A stretch of DNA of 64,000 nt from an uncultured Bacteroidales bacterium. Lineage in GTDB: Bacteria; Bacteroidota; Bacteroidia; Bacteroidales; WCHB1-69. Of this stretch, positions 15,404 to 23,854 are shown in pieces. Made by a program: the position numbers and the translations under genes. The stretch's first letter is position 1; each line of letters opens with the position of its first letter. The notes beneath the pieces were generated by a model. That model was not told the origin of the DNA. It saw only the letters and a list, made by a program, of their open reading frames with translations, and ran no database searches. Location: contig CAMHNQ010000003.1 in NCBI GenBank assembly GCA_946186495.1, positions 32,599 to 96,598 on the forward strand. Direction: 5' to 3'.

Positions 15404-16310
15404 GACTGACCGGTATTATCTTCTCCGCCACGCGCAGTTTGGCGCTGCGCGCGCGGGGGTTATTGCTAATCTCTTCTGAATCGGGCTGCACTGCCTTGCG
15501 CGTTATCAACTTGAAAGGCGTTTGCGGATTGCCGTAGAAATCCTTCTTCACCTCACCGTCCAAGTTGCCCGCCCGCATGAAGTTCTTCACCATGCGGTCT
15601 TCCAAAGAATGGTAGGAAATCACCGCCAGCCGTCCGCCAACCTTCAACGCGTCAACGGATTGCGCCAGGAAAGCCTCCAGGGCTTCCATTTCCTGGTTGA
15701 CCTCAATGCGGATAGCCTGGAAAATTTTGGAAAGGGTCTTGTTCTCCTTGCCGCGCAGCAACGCGGGCTCCAACACACCGGCAAGCTGACGGGTGGTGGC
15801 GATGGGCTGCCCTGTCCGGGCTTTCACAATGCGCCGCGCCAGGGCACGGCCGTCCGGAAGCTCGCCGTAGCGATAGAAAATCCGGCTCAAGGCCTGTTCG
15901 TCATACTGGTTGACAACCTCTTGCGCCGACAACCCCGTCTGCCGGTTCATGCGCATGTCCAAAGCCCCGTCCTCCCGATAGGAGAAACCGCGCTCCGGCG
16001 TGTCGAACTGGTGCGAGGAAACCCCAAGGTCCGCCAGGATACCGTCAACGGGGAAGGCCTGATGATATTTCAGGAAACGGTTGAGGTTCTTGAAATTGGA
16101 GGGAACAAAGGTGAACCGTTCGTCGGCAATGAGACGCGCCTGCACGTCCGCGTCCTGGTCGAACGCGACGAGACGGCCGCAGCCGAGCCTGCCGAGGATC
16201 TCGCGCGAATGTCCTCCTCCGCCGTAGGTGACATCCACATAAACACCATCAGGGTTCGCAACCAAATAATCTACAGACAGTTGACATAGCACAGGGTTAT
16301 GATATTCCAT
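15387..16310 (-). CDS. rsmH: 16S rRNA (cytosine1402-N4)-methyltransferase
   Basis: MEYHNPVL...DVTYGGGGHS...ISYHSLEDR pattern. 307 aa. Confidence 0.95.
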   Translation of the reverse strand: MEYHNPVLCQLSVDYLVANPDGVYVDVTYGGGGHSREILGRLGCGRLVAFDQDADVQARLIADERFTFVPSNFKNLNRFLKYHQAFPVDGILADLGVSSHQFDTPERGFSYREDGALDMRMNRQTGLSAQEVVNQYDEQALSRIFYRYGELPDGRALARRIVKARTGQPIATTRQLAGVLEPALLRGKENKTLSKIFQAIRIEVNQEMEALEAFLAQSVDALKVGGRLAVISYHSLEDRMVKNFMRAGNLDGEVKKDFYGNPQTPFKLITRKAVQPDSEEISNNPRARSAKLRVAEKIIPVSHGNNI

Positions 16311-16779
16311 CAGAGCCCTCCTTTTCCGCTATATAGTGACCGAGGTGCATCTCCTCGTTGAGTTTCTCCAGATCCTCAGGACTCATGTCGAACTTCTCGT
16401 GATACTTCTTGCTGTTCCACATCTCTATCTGTCCATTATCCAGAAGCATGACCAGCTCCTTGTCGATGGAATAGATATCCATCAACGGCTTTGGGATCAC
16501 GATCCGGTCTTGGGCGTCGCACTCCACCATTGCAGTGTTGCGCAAGAAGGCGTTTCGATAAAGCTTCACCCGGGTCAGGTTCCGGTCCAGGGAGTTCATG
16601 TAGTCCATCTGCTTCCGGTAGGCTTTCTCGGACCAAAGCATGATGTACTCGCCGAAACCATGCGTGACATAGAACGTCTTCCGCTCATCCTCCGGCAACG
16701 AACGCAGCAAGCCCGTGGGCAGCTTCAGCCGTCCGCTCTTCTCAATCGAGACTTCCCAATATCCGTATTCCGTTGTCAT
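16297..16779 (-). CDS. mraZ: transcriptional regulator MraZ
   Basis: Two SpoVT/AbrB-like halves (GRLKLP, DRIVIP). ATG 16779 (MTTEYGYWE) is chosen; the track extension to 16944 covers the promoter region. Confidence 0.85.
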   Translation of the reverse strand: MTTEYGYWEVSIEKSGRLKLPTGLLRSLPEDERKTFYVTHGFGEYIMLWSEKAYRKQMDYMNSLDRNLTRVKLYRNAFLRNTAMVECDAQDRIVIPKPLMDIYSIDKELVMLLDNGQIEMWNSKKYHEKFDMSPEDLEKLNEEMHLGHYIAEKEGSDGIS

Positions 16780-16810
16780 TCTATACTTTATATCACGCAA
16801 TTCAAGACGA

Positions 16811-16818
16811 CAAAAATA
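16811..16818 (-). promoter_or_regulatory. -7 box TATTTTTG upstream of mraZ
   Basis: TAnnTTTG match 31 nt upstream of ATG 16779. Confidence 0.45.
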
Positions 16819-17144
16819 TAATTTTTCCAAACCTAATTTCCACAAGCGCAGACAAAATAAACAATTGTTAGTTAAAACTATATGTATCATATTGATATTC
16901 AGCAAGGAAATAAATGGAAAAAAGTTATGAACACATTTCAACAAAAACCATAAACATCTGGAAAGAAGTTTCTTACAGCAACCCTATTGAAAAAACCGTT
17001 ATCCTATTGATTTTCTGTTGATTCCATATCATCTATAAAAAACAGCCGTACAAAATGGGAATCCCGGGAGAGCCAGTATGGAAAATTATGGAAGCCTCTG
17101 GAACGTGACGGAAAGCCACCGCTGTCTGGTTCCCCAAAAAATAC

Positions 17145-17152
17145 TATCTTTG
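17145..17152 (+). promoter_or_regulatory. -7 box TATCTTTG upstream of hflX
   Basis: TAnnTTTG match 35 nt upstream of ATG 17188. Confidence 0.45.
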
Positions 17153-17187
17153 CCGTTCTTATTTGGAGACCCCTTTAAAAGAGACAT

Positions 17188-18378
17188 ATGGCGATAGAAT
17201 ACCCTGACAATTACCGTGAGACGGCCGTGCTGATTGCCGTCTCGACCCCCGACGTGGCAGAGGAAAAGACAATGGAGTACCTCGACGAGCTGGCTTTCTT
17301 GGTGGAGACTGCGGGCGGCGTATGCGTGCAGAAGTTCATCCAGAACCTGGCCCACCCTGACACGCGCACCTATTTCGGTTCCGGAAAAATCCGCGAAGTG
17401 GCCGACTACGTGCACCAGCACGACATCGACATGGTGGTGGTGGACGACGAGCTCCCCCCCTCACAGCAGCGCAACATCGAGCAGCTCGCGAAATGCAAGG
17501 TGATGGACCGCACGCACCTCATCCTCGACATCTTCGCCAAACATGCGCAGACCGCCCATGCCAAGACGCAGGTGGAGCTGGCGCAGTACAAATACCTGCT
17601 CCCGCGCCTTACCGGCATGTGGACACACTTGGAGAAACAGCGCGGCGGCATCGGCATGAGGGGACCCGGCGAGAAGGAGATCGAGACCGACCGCCGCATC
17701 ATTCGCGACCGTATCTCTCTGTTGGAAAAGCGGTTGAAAGACATTGACCGACAGAAGAAAACCCAACGCGGTCACCGCGAGCAGTTCGTCCGCGTGGCCC
17801 TCGTGGGTTACACCAACGTCGGGAAATCGACCATCATGAACTTGCTCAGCAACTCCGAGGTCCTTGTGGAGAACAAGCTCTTCGCCACCCTCGACACCAC
17901 CGTCCGCAAGGTCGTGTTCCAGAACCTGCCGTTCCTGCTCTCCGACACGGTAGGCTTCATCCGCAAGCTGCCCCACGGACTGGTGGAGTCGTTCAAGTCC
18001 ACCCTCGACGAAGTCCGCGAGACGCACCTGCTGCTGCACGTGGTCGACATCAGCCACCCCGACTTCGAGGAGCAGATCCAGACCGTGCAGAAGACGTTGG
18101 ACGAAATCCATTGCGGCGACAAGCCCACCGTCATCATCTTCAACAAGATAGACCAATACTCCTGGGTGGAGAAAGCCGAAGACGACCTCACCCCGAAGAC
18201 CAAGGAGAACATCACACTCGACGAGCTCAAAGCCACCTGGATGGCGAAACTCGGCCCGAAAACCCTCTTCATTTCCGCCAAGACAAAGGAAAACGTGAAC
18301 GAAATGAAGGACTTCCTGTACGAGGAAATCAAAAAGCTGCACATCCAGATCTATCCGTACAATAATTTCCTGTATTAG
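17188..18378 (+). CDS. hflX: GTPase HflX
   Basis: HflX N-terminal domain, then G1 GYTNVGKST, G3 DTVGF, G4 NKID. 396 aa. Confidence 0.95.
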   Translation: MAIEYPDNYRETAVLIAVSTPDVAEEKTMEYLDELAFLVETAGGVCVQKFIQNLAHPDTRTYFGSGKIREVADYVHQHDIDMVVVDDELPPSQQRNIEQLAKCKVMDRTHLILDIFAKHAQTAHAKTQVELAQYKYLLPRLTGMWTHLEKQRGGIGMRGPGEKEIETDRRIIRDRISLLEKRLKDIDRQKKTQRGHREQFVRVALVGYTNVGKSTIMNLLSNSEVLVENKLFATLDTTVRKVVFQNLPFLLSDTVGFIRKLPHGLVESFKSTLDEVRETHLLLHVVDISHPDFEEQIQTVQKTLDEIHCGDKPTVIIFNKIDQYSWVEKAEDDLTPKTKENITLDELKATWMAKLGPKTLFISAKTKENVNEMKDFLYEEIKKLHIQIYPYNNFLY

Positions 18379-18496
18379 AATCCCACAAGGGATGCAAACC
18401 CGATGCGTGCCAACCCTGGGCAAATATCGTGAGTCTTGGGACAGGTGCCAGCGGGATGCCCCGCCCCCTTGTTCATCGGCGAAGCGCGACAGACCT

Positions 18497-21400
18497 TCAG
18501 CAGCAACGGACCGCACTCGTGCCGTGGCTCACGGGCTGCACGACGATCTTCGTCGGAATCTTCTCGGCCAAAGCATCCAAATGACTGATAATTCCGATGT
18601 TACAGTGTACAATATGATGAAGTTGCTGCAAGGTGTTCACCACGCTGTCGCACAAACTGCTATCCAACTGGCTGATGCCCTCGTCGATGAAGAGGAAGTC
18701 GGAGGAGATGCCCTGAAGGGCGAGATTGGAGAGGCCTAACGCGAGGGCGATGGAGATGAGGAAACCCTCACCGCCTGAGACCATCTCCACAGGCCGCGGG
18801 GCCCCGTCCATGTACTTGTCTTTCACCAGTATCATCAGTTCACGGCCTGCCCCGGTGAGTTCGTATCGGTCGGACAGCATCGACAGAAAATAGTTGGTGT
18901 TGTCGAGAAGCTTCTGGAGGATGAAGCTCTGTGCAATCTTGCGGAACGTCTTGCCGGTGCTGTCGCCGAAGAGGTTGTTGAGCCGTTCCCACTGCCGGAC
19001 CTGCTGCTGCAACGTGTCCAATTTCGCCAACGTGTCGGCGTATTTCCGCTTGTTGTCGGCATCTTGTTGCAAAATCTGCTGGATTTGCCCGATCTGCTGC
19101 AACTTCGCCGACTTCTGCTCTCCTTTTTGGGAAATCTGCCGCTCTATGTCGGAGAGTTGCTCGTTGTCTCCAAACTCCGGCTTCGACTCCTCGTGTTTAC
19201 GCAGGATTTCCTGCGACTGCTGCCATTTGCCGAGGGCAGTCTGGGCTTGCTCTTGCGCCGCCTTCAGCCGGTCTCTCATTCGGGCAATCTCTTCGGAGGT
19301 TATGTCGACCAGTTCCGTCAACTTCTGCTCCGGGATTTCCGGATGCATCATGTAAAAATTGTGAAGAGTCTCTTCCGTTTGAGCCTTTCTCGCAGACAGT
19401 TCCGACTTCTTTTGCGACAAAACAGCGCAGTTTTCTGCCAACTGCATCCATTTTTCCGCCAAATGCGGGATTTTTTCCCCTTCTGTCGCAGACTGCCATA
19501 CGAACAACGACGACACTTTCTTTTCGAAGGCCTGCATCTGATTCAGTTCGAGTTGTCCTTTCTCGGCCGTTGCTTGGCGGTTTTCCAGATCTTCCTTGCA
19601 CTTTTCGCAGGCTTTAGCCTCTTGCTCAAGTCTTTTGGCCGTCGCAAGCGGTTTCGTCTCCCATTCCGGGTAAATGTCGCTGAAATATCCGGACAATTCC
19701 ACTTTGAGCGTTTCGACATTTTGTGAAGTATGCGCTATTTGATCTTGCAGACTATCCAGCGACTTTTGCGCAGAAACGAGATTCACTTCCGCCTGATGCC
19801 TGTCTGATGTCAGCTTTTCCAACTGTTTGCCTTGGGCCGAAAGCATGTCCGTTTTCCCGGCCAACTCTTTGTTGATCAGAAGCGCCTCCTGGATCTGACG
19901 GGCGACACCCTGGGCTGCCGAATCAACATTGCTTATTTGATTCTCGATCTGTTTGTCAATAGTTTTATCCACCGTGATGTTCAGTGTCCGGCAGACTTCG
20001 CCCAAGGCCGTCAATGCGGTTTTCTGCTGCTGCGATTTCTTTTGGAAATCCTTTTGCGCGACTTCCAAGCTTGCCTGCGCACGGCCCAGGTCAGTGCTGA
20101 TGATGTCCACCGCCTTTTTACGGTCCGAAACAGCCTTGTTTGCTTCGCCAAGTTGTTGTTGCAACCTTTTCACACTTTGTTCAACGGCTTCATTCGTAAG
20201 CAGTTGCTCTACTTTTTGTCCGCAAACGGGACAGTGGTCGCCCACGTGGAGACTTGCGCGGACTTGCTTGGCGAAATCATTGACGCTCTGCGCCGCTGAT
20301 TCGTAGCACTTCTGTGCAGTCTCCTGAACCGCCTGGGCCGCCGAAAAACGCTGTTGCGCCTCCTCGAATTGTTTGTTCAGTTCCTGAACCCGCTGTTGTT
20401 GCATTGTCACCGCACCTTTTATCCCTACGATTTCATCCTGCTGGTCCCTCAGCTCGCGAACCGACTTCCACACATTCTCCAACTTGTTCTGCAGATTCGT
20501 CATCTCGGTCTGCTTCCGAGTGAGTTCCGCCAAATCGAATTGCTGCACCTTTGTTTTCAGCGTTTCCGTCTCCCGTGTGAGCTGGGCGATGGCTTCTTGC
20601 TGACGATCTATCTCCTGCTTTTTTGTCTCCAACGCCTCCCCGTATTGTCCGAGCAAGGCCGCCGCAGCCTTGCTTTTTTCTTCCGCCTGAGACAACTCTT
20701 GTTGCAAACGGACGAAATGGCCGAGTTTTTCACTCAGAACAGGTGACTTGGCATAAATATCCGCCTTGTAAGCCAGGGATTTCAATTCGTTTTGGAATTT
20801 TTCGATTTCGATGTAAGAACACGCCAATTGTTCCTGTTCATACCGCGTACCGGCTGTAAGCATCCGATAATCACTCTGGCACTGTTGCTCTGATTCCTGA
20901 AGAAGATTGGAATCCCGACGAAGTTGCAGCAATTCGGTGTAGGTTTTGCGTGCCTTCTCCGTTTTTTCCCAAAGTCGTACGGTTTCCTGCGCACGAAGGT
21001 GCTTTTCGGATTTTGTCACTGCGTCGGCGGCGGACCACTGCGTTTCAGAATTTCTTACATTCTCCTGATATTGAGCTAATTGTTTAATCCATGTGGATTT
21101 GTTTGCCAACACTTTCATCTCATGGTCAATCTGTTTGTCCTCCGCATCTGCCACTTGGATATTCCTCTGATATTCTGCTATTTGCTCCTCGTCTAACCGC
21201 ACCACATTCTCATTCTCGCTATAGAGCTGGTCGTAAGCCCTCTTTTGGGCATTGTATTTCTCGTAGATCCGCCTTCCAATCTCCGAAAATATACTCGTAT
21301 CCGTCAATTTTTCCAATATTTCGGCCTTTGCGTTCTGGTCGCTCTTCATAAACTTGGTGAACTCGCCCTGAGCCAGCATGGTAGTGCGACAGAACTGTTC

Positions 21401-21883
21401 GTATGTAAGTCCTGTGACCGTAATCACCTGTTGTTCAACCTCCTTTAACTTTGTCCAAACCCCGTTTTCGGATGTCAGCGACCACTCGGTGTTGTTGAGA
21501 TTTCCGTTTCGATTGATGGAGAAGACGGTTTTCGCCACGTATGTGATGCTGTCATTTCCAACAAACTGCAGACTGCACCACCCCTCCTTGGTACCGCGCT
21601 TCAAATATTGCCGCAGGTCGTTGATGGCAATACCCTTGCTTTTGTCGCTGAATTGGAATTCGGGATCGGCATACTGGTTCTCCTTTTTCTCCGTGATGCT
21701 TTGCAGCCGCGGCGTTTTACAGAACAGGGTCATGCAAATGGCGTCAAGGATGGTACTCTTGCCGGCGCCTGACGGCCCCCAAATCATGAAGATGTGCTGG
21801 TCGGCCGGCATCAGATGCTCGAAGTCAACAGTCGCGTCCGCTATCGAGTTGATATTGTGGATTTGCAAGTTCTTGAATTTCAT
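18497..21883 (-). CDS. sbcC: SbcC/Rad50-like exonuclease ATPase subunit
   Basis: Walker A GPSGAGKST, very long coiled coil with a CPVC zinc hook, C-terminal SGGEGF signature and FIDEG Walker B. 1128 aa. Confidence 0.9.
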   Translation of the reverse strand: MKFKNLQIHNINSIADATVDFEHLMPADQHIFMIWGPSGAGKSTILDAICMTLFCKTPRLQSITEKKENQYADPEFQFSDKSKGIAINDLRQYLKRGTKEGWCSLQFVGNDSITYVAKTVFSINRNGNLNNTEWSLTSENGVWTKLKEVEQQVITVTGLTYEQFCRTTMLAQGEFTKFMKSDQNAKAEILEKLTDTSIFSEIGRRIYEKYNAQKRAYDQLYSENENVVRLDEEQIAEYQRNIQVADAEDKQIDHEMKVLANKSTWIKQLAQYQENVRNSETQWSAADAVTKSEKHLRAQETVRLWEKTEKARKTYTELLQLRRDSNLLQESEQQCQSDYRMLTAGTRYEQEQLACSYIEIEKFQNELKSLAYKADIYAKSPVLSEKLGHFVRLQQELSQAEEKSKAAAALLGQYGEALETKKQEIDRQQEAIAQLTRETETLKTKVQQFDLAELTRKQTEMTNLQNKLENVWKSVRELRDQQDEIVGIKGAVTMQQQRVQELNKQFEEAQQRFSAAQAVQETAQKCYESAAQSVNDFAKQVRASLHVGDHCPVCGQKVEQLLTNEAVEQSVKRLQQQLGEANKAVSDRKKAVDIISTDLGRAQASLEVAQKDFQKKSQQQKTALTALGEVCRTLNITVDKTIDKQIENQISNVDSAAQGVARQIQEALLINKELAGKTDMLSAQGKQLEKLTSDRHQAEVNLVSAQKSLDSLQDQIAHTSQNVETLKVELSGYFSDIYPEWETKPLATAKRLEQEAKACEKCKEDLENRQATAEKGQLELNQMQAFEKKVSSLFVWQSATEGEKIPHLAEKWMQLAENCAVLSQKKSELSARKAQTEETLHNFYMMHPEIPEQKLTELVDITSEEIARMRDRLKAAQEQAQTALGKWQQSQEILRKHEESKPEFGDNEQLSDIERQISQKGEQKSAKLQQIGQIQQILQQDADNKRKYADTLAKLDTLQQQVRQWERLNNLFGDSTGKTFRKIAQSFILQKLLDNTNYFLSMLSDRYELTGAGRELMILVKDKYMDGAPRPVEMVSGGEGFLISIALALGLSNLALQGISSDFLFIDEGISQLDSSLCDSVVNTLQQLHHIVHCNIGIISHLDALAEKIPTKIVVQPVSHGTSAVRCC

Positions 21884-21907
21884 TTTTCCGTGGAAAGTGA
21901 ATGGTGA

Positions 21908-23095
21908 TTACAGGGATTGTTCCGATCTGACTTCTTGTATTACAGAATGTAGCAGTTCTTTTAGTGTATCATCCATATCTGTCTGGATTGTATTGGTGAA
22001 ATATCGTTCGGCGATTTCAAAAGGATCTTTTTCACGAAACTCCGTAAGGTTGAAGTCGGGTTTCTCCATCCTTGTTTTGCCATCGGAATGCAATCGCGTG
22101 ACTTTGTAGTCGCAGTAGAGCAGCCCCTCCCCGCGTTCGAGGAGGCTCCGGACACGGTTCTCCGTGTCGGAGGGCAGCCGTTCCGACGAGAGGACATTAA
22201 GCTGCACATATCCTTGTTCTTGAGGAAGATGCGACTCCAGAAAATCTAATGCCTCCTCTAAAGGCTTCGGTTCGGTAGGCAGCACATAGAACTGCCGCAA
22301 GGGTTTCAGTGCGAGCGTTTCTATCTTCGGCATGTCCCCGTGACGGTCAACCGTCACCATGGTCACCGAGTGCGTGAACTGCTCCTTGAAATTGAGCTGC
22401 ACCGGGCTGCCGCAGTAGCGGGCTTTGCCGTTCGGGAGGGTCTGCGGGGTATGGATATGCCCCAAGGCGAAGTAGTCGTAGTCATCGTCGACATCGTCGA
22501 GACTCATGCTGTTGATGCCGCCCACGATATCCCGCCCGTTGAAGTTGGCGGTTTCGTGAGCCGTGAAAATGGCGTTGCCCACGGTGGTGTGACCCATCAG
22601 GATTACGGGAAGCCCTTGCGGGTTCCTGCGGCGGATTTCCTTCAGGATAATATTGTACAAATCGTTCTGATAGTCGGGAATGTAGGGCACTGCGGCCACC
22701 CACCCTTTGCCGGGAATCCCGATGATGTGCTTGTCGAGAAGGTATTCGTCGCCGGCTTTCTCCACCGCACCCACAAAGCAGGTGTTCACCCGCCGCCACA
22801 CGCCCGACATGCTCTCCACCCGCGAGCTGCTGTCGTGGTTGCCTGCGGTGAGGACAAGGAGCATTTCCGGTGCCAAGTCACAGATACGCAGCAGATTGTC
22901 AGACAGGAAGCGCATGGAGTTGTTACTCGGAGTGTTCTTGTCATAGAGGTCACCACTGACCACTAGAACGTCAGGACGCTCCCGCCGGATGATGTCGCAA
23001 AGTTGGTCGAAGAAATAGCGGTGTTCCTCCTGCCGGTCATAATGGAAGTTGAACACCTGGCCGATATGCCAATCTGAAGTATGGAGAATTTTCAT
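21908..23095 (-). CDS. sbcD: SbcD/Mre11-like nuclease subunit
   Basis: MKILHTSDWHIG, GDLYD, GNHD and GHIH phosphoesterase motifs. ATG 23095 is preferred over the TTG at 23125. Confidence 0.9.
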   Translation of the reverse strand: MKILHTSDWHIGQVFNFHYDRQEEHRYFFDQLCDIIRRERPDVLVVSGDLYDKNTPSNNSMRFLSDNLLRICDLAPEMLLVLTAGNHDSSSRVESMSGVWRRVNTCFVGAVEKAGDEYLLDKHIIGIPGKGWVAAVPYIPDYQNDLYNIILKEIRRRNPQGLPVILMGHTTVGNAIFTAHETANFNGRDIVGGINSMSLDDVDDDYDYFALGHIHTPQTLPNGKARYCGSPVQLNFKEQFTHSVTMVTVDRHGDMPKIETLALKPLRQFYVLPTEPKPLEEALDFLESHLPQEQGYVQLNVLSSERLPSDTENRVRSLLERGEGLLYCDYKVTRLHSDGKTRMEKPDFNLTEFREKDPFEIAERYFTNTIQTDMDDTLKELLHSVIQEVRSEQSL

Positions 23096-23132
23096 GCCAT
23101 GGAATTTCAGACGGCAAAGATACAATTTTAAT

Positions 23133-23160
23133 GGTTATGGGTTATTGGTTATGGGTTATG
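23133..23160 (-). repeat. four tandem heptamers GGTTAT(G/T) abutting the IS end
   Basis: ggttatg ggttatt ggttatg ggttatg, followed immediately by the IS terminal repeat at 23163. Confidence 0.65.
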
Positions 23161-23162
23161 GG

Positions 23163-23761
23163 CAGGGCTTACGTATCAACTTTTTTATTTGGGCGAGCCA
23201 GCGCGGATTAGGAGACGACGCTTCCAAGCGTCGCAATGCATACGCCGGCGATTCATCCAACCGCTGATATGCAGTGCCTGTCACGGTCGGCGAATATGTG
23301 TTTCGTACAAAATATGGAAACAAAGCTTTTTGATTGTTTCAAGGACCTGGAGGACCCGCGCAGGCTCACCCACATCCTGCATCCCGCCCGCAACATTATC
23401 TACATCGCGTTCGCTGCCAACTTCAACGCAGCCTGCAAGATAGCCGTAGCACTGCTCATCCACGACGGCTATGACCACGGCAAGAAAAAACTCTCCATAA
23501 GGCGCAAAATGAACAAGGCTATACTCAACCAGAAATACCTGGAGCATCTGCTGTCGATGTTGTAGCCGTCAAACACACAGCACCTGTTTTTTGTCACCCG
23601 TAACCGCTTGAAAATCAGCAAGTGCTGATTCGGCGTGCTTTTTTTGCGAAAAAAAGGCTTCAAATGCAGCTAAAAGGCAAAAAAAACGGCTAACGCCACA
23701 ACATGATGCGGCTCAATGCTCTGACACTTGGTTGTTTGGACGAGTTGATGCGTAAGCCCTG
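23163..23761 (+). mobile_element. internally deleted ISAs1-family element (599 bp) retaining both terminal inverted repeats
   Basis: Left end CAGGGCTTACGTATCAACT (23163-23181) against right end AGTTGATGCGTAAGCCCTG (23743-23761), 1 mismatch. Encloses an 83-codon transposase remnant. Confidence 0.6.
23314..23565 (+). pseudogene. ISAs1-family transposase remnant (N- and C-termini fused, catalytic core deleted)
   Basis: METKLFDCFKDLEDPRRLTHILHPARNIIYIAFAA matches the N-terminal DPR...H.L..I pattern of ISAs1 transposases. SIRRKMNKAILNQKYLEHLL resembles their C-terminus. Only 83 aa. Confidence 0.6.
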
Positions 23762-23854
23762 TGTGAATAACGAAGCGGGGGGTGACAGGGAGCGGGGGGA
23801 CGGACGCTGGTTGTGCCGGGAGGGGGACGCGCCAATGGCCTGCCCCCTGACAGC

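Noticed and set aside
16824-16842. Two TGGAAA motifs 13 bp apart upstream of the mraZ -7 box as MraZ operator boxes
   Set aside because: There are only two short hexamers, and the spacing and sequence do not match the operator pattern I remember from other bacteria. This is too weak to call.
16780-16944. N-terminal extensions offered by the ORF track (mraZ to 16944; also 4723-4830, 1754-1786, 23096-23125, 32131-32166, 35922-36068, 51728-51796, 53320-53379)
   Set aside because: The extensions cover promoter boxes or AT-rich intergenic sequence, often start at TTG, and give non-homologous hydrophobic or odd N-termini. Internal ATGs restore canonical family N-termini or signal peptides.
23776-23830. 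G-run cluster (G6, G3, G6, G3, G5) downstream of the RPH-like gene, a possible G-quadruplex, plus an AGGGGG/CCCCCT hairpin
   Set aside because: It is seen in the sequence, but I cannot evaluate stability or conservation by eye. It lacks a U tract for a terminator and could simply be IS-flank sequence.
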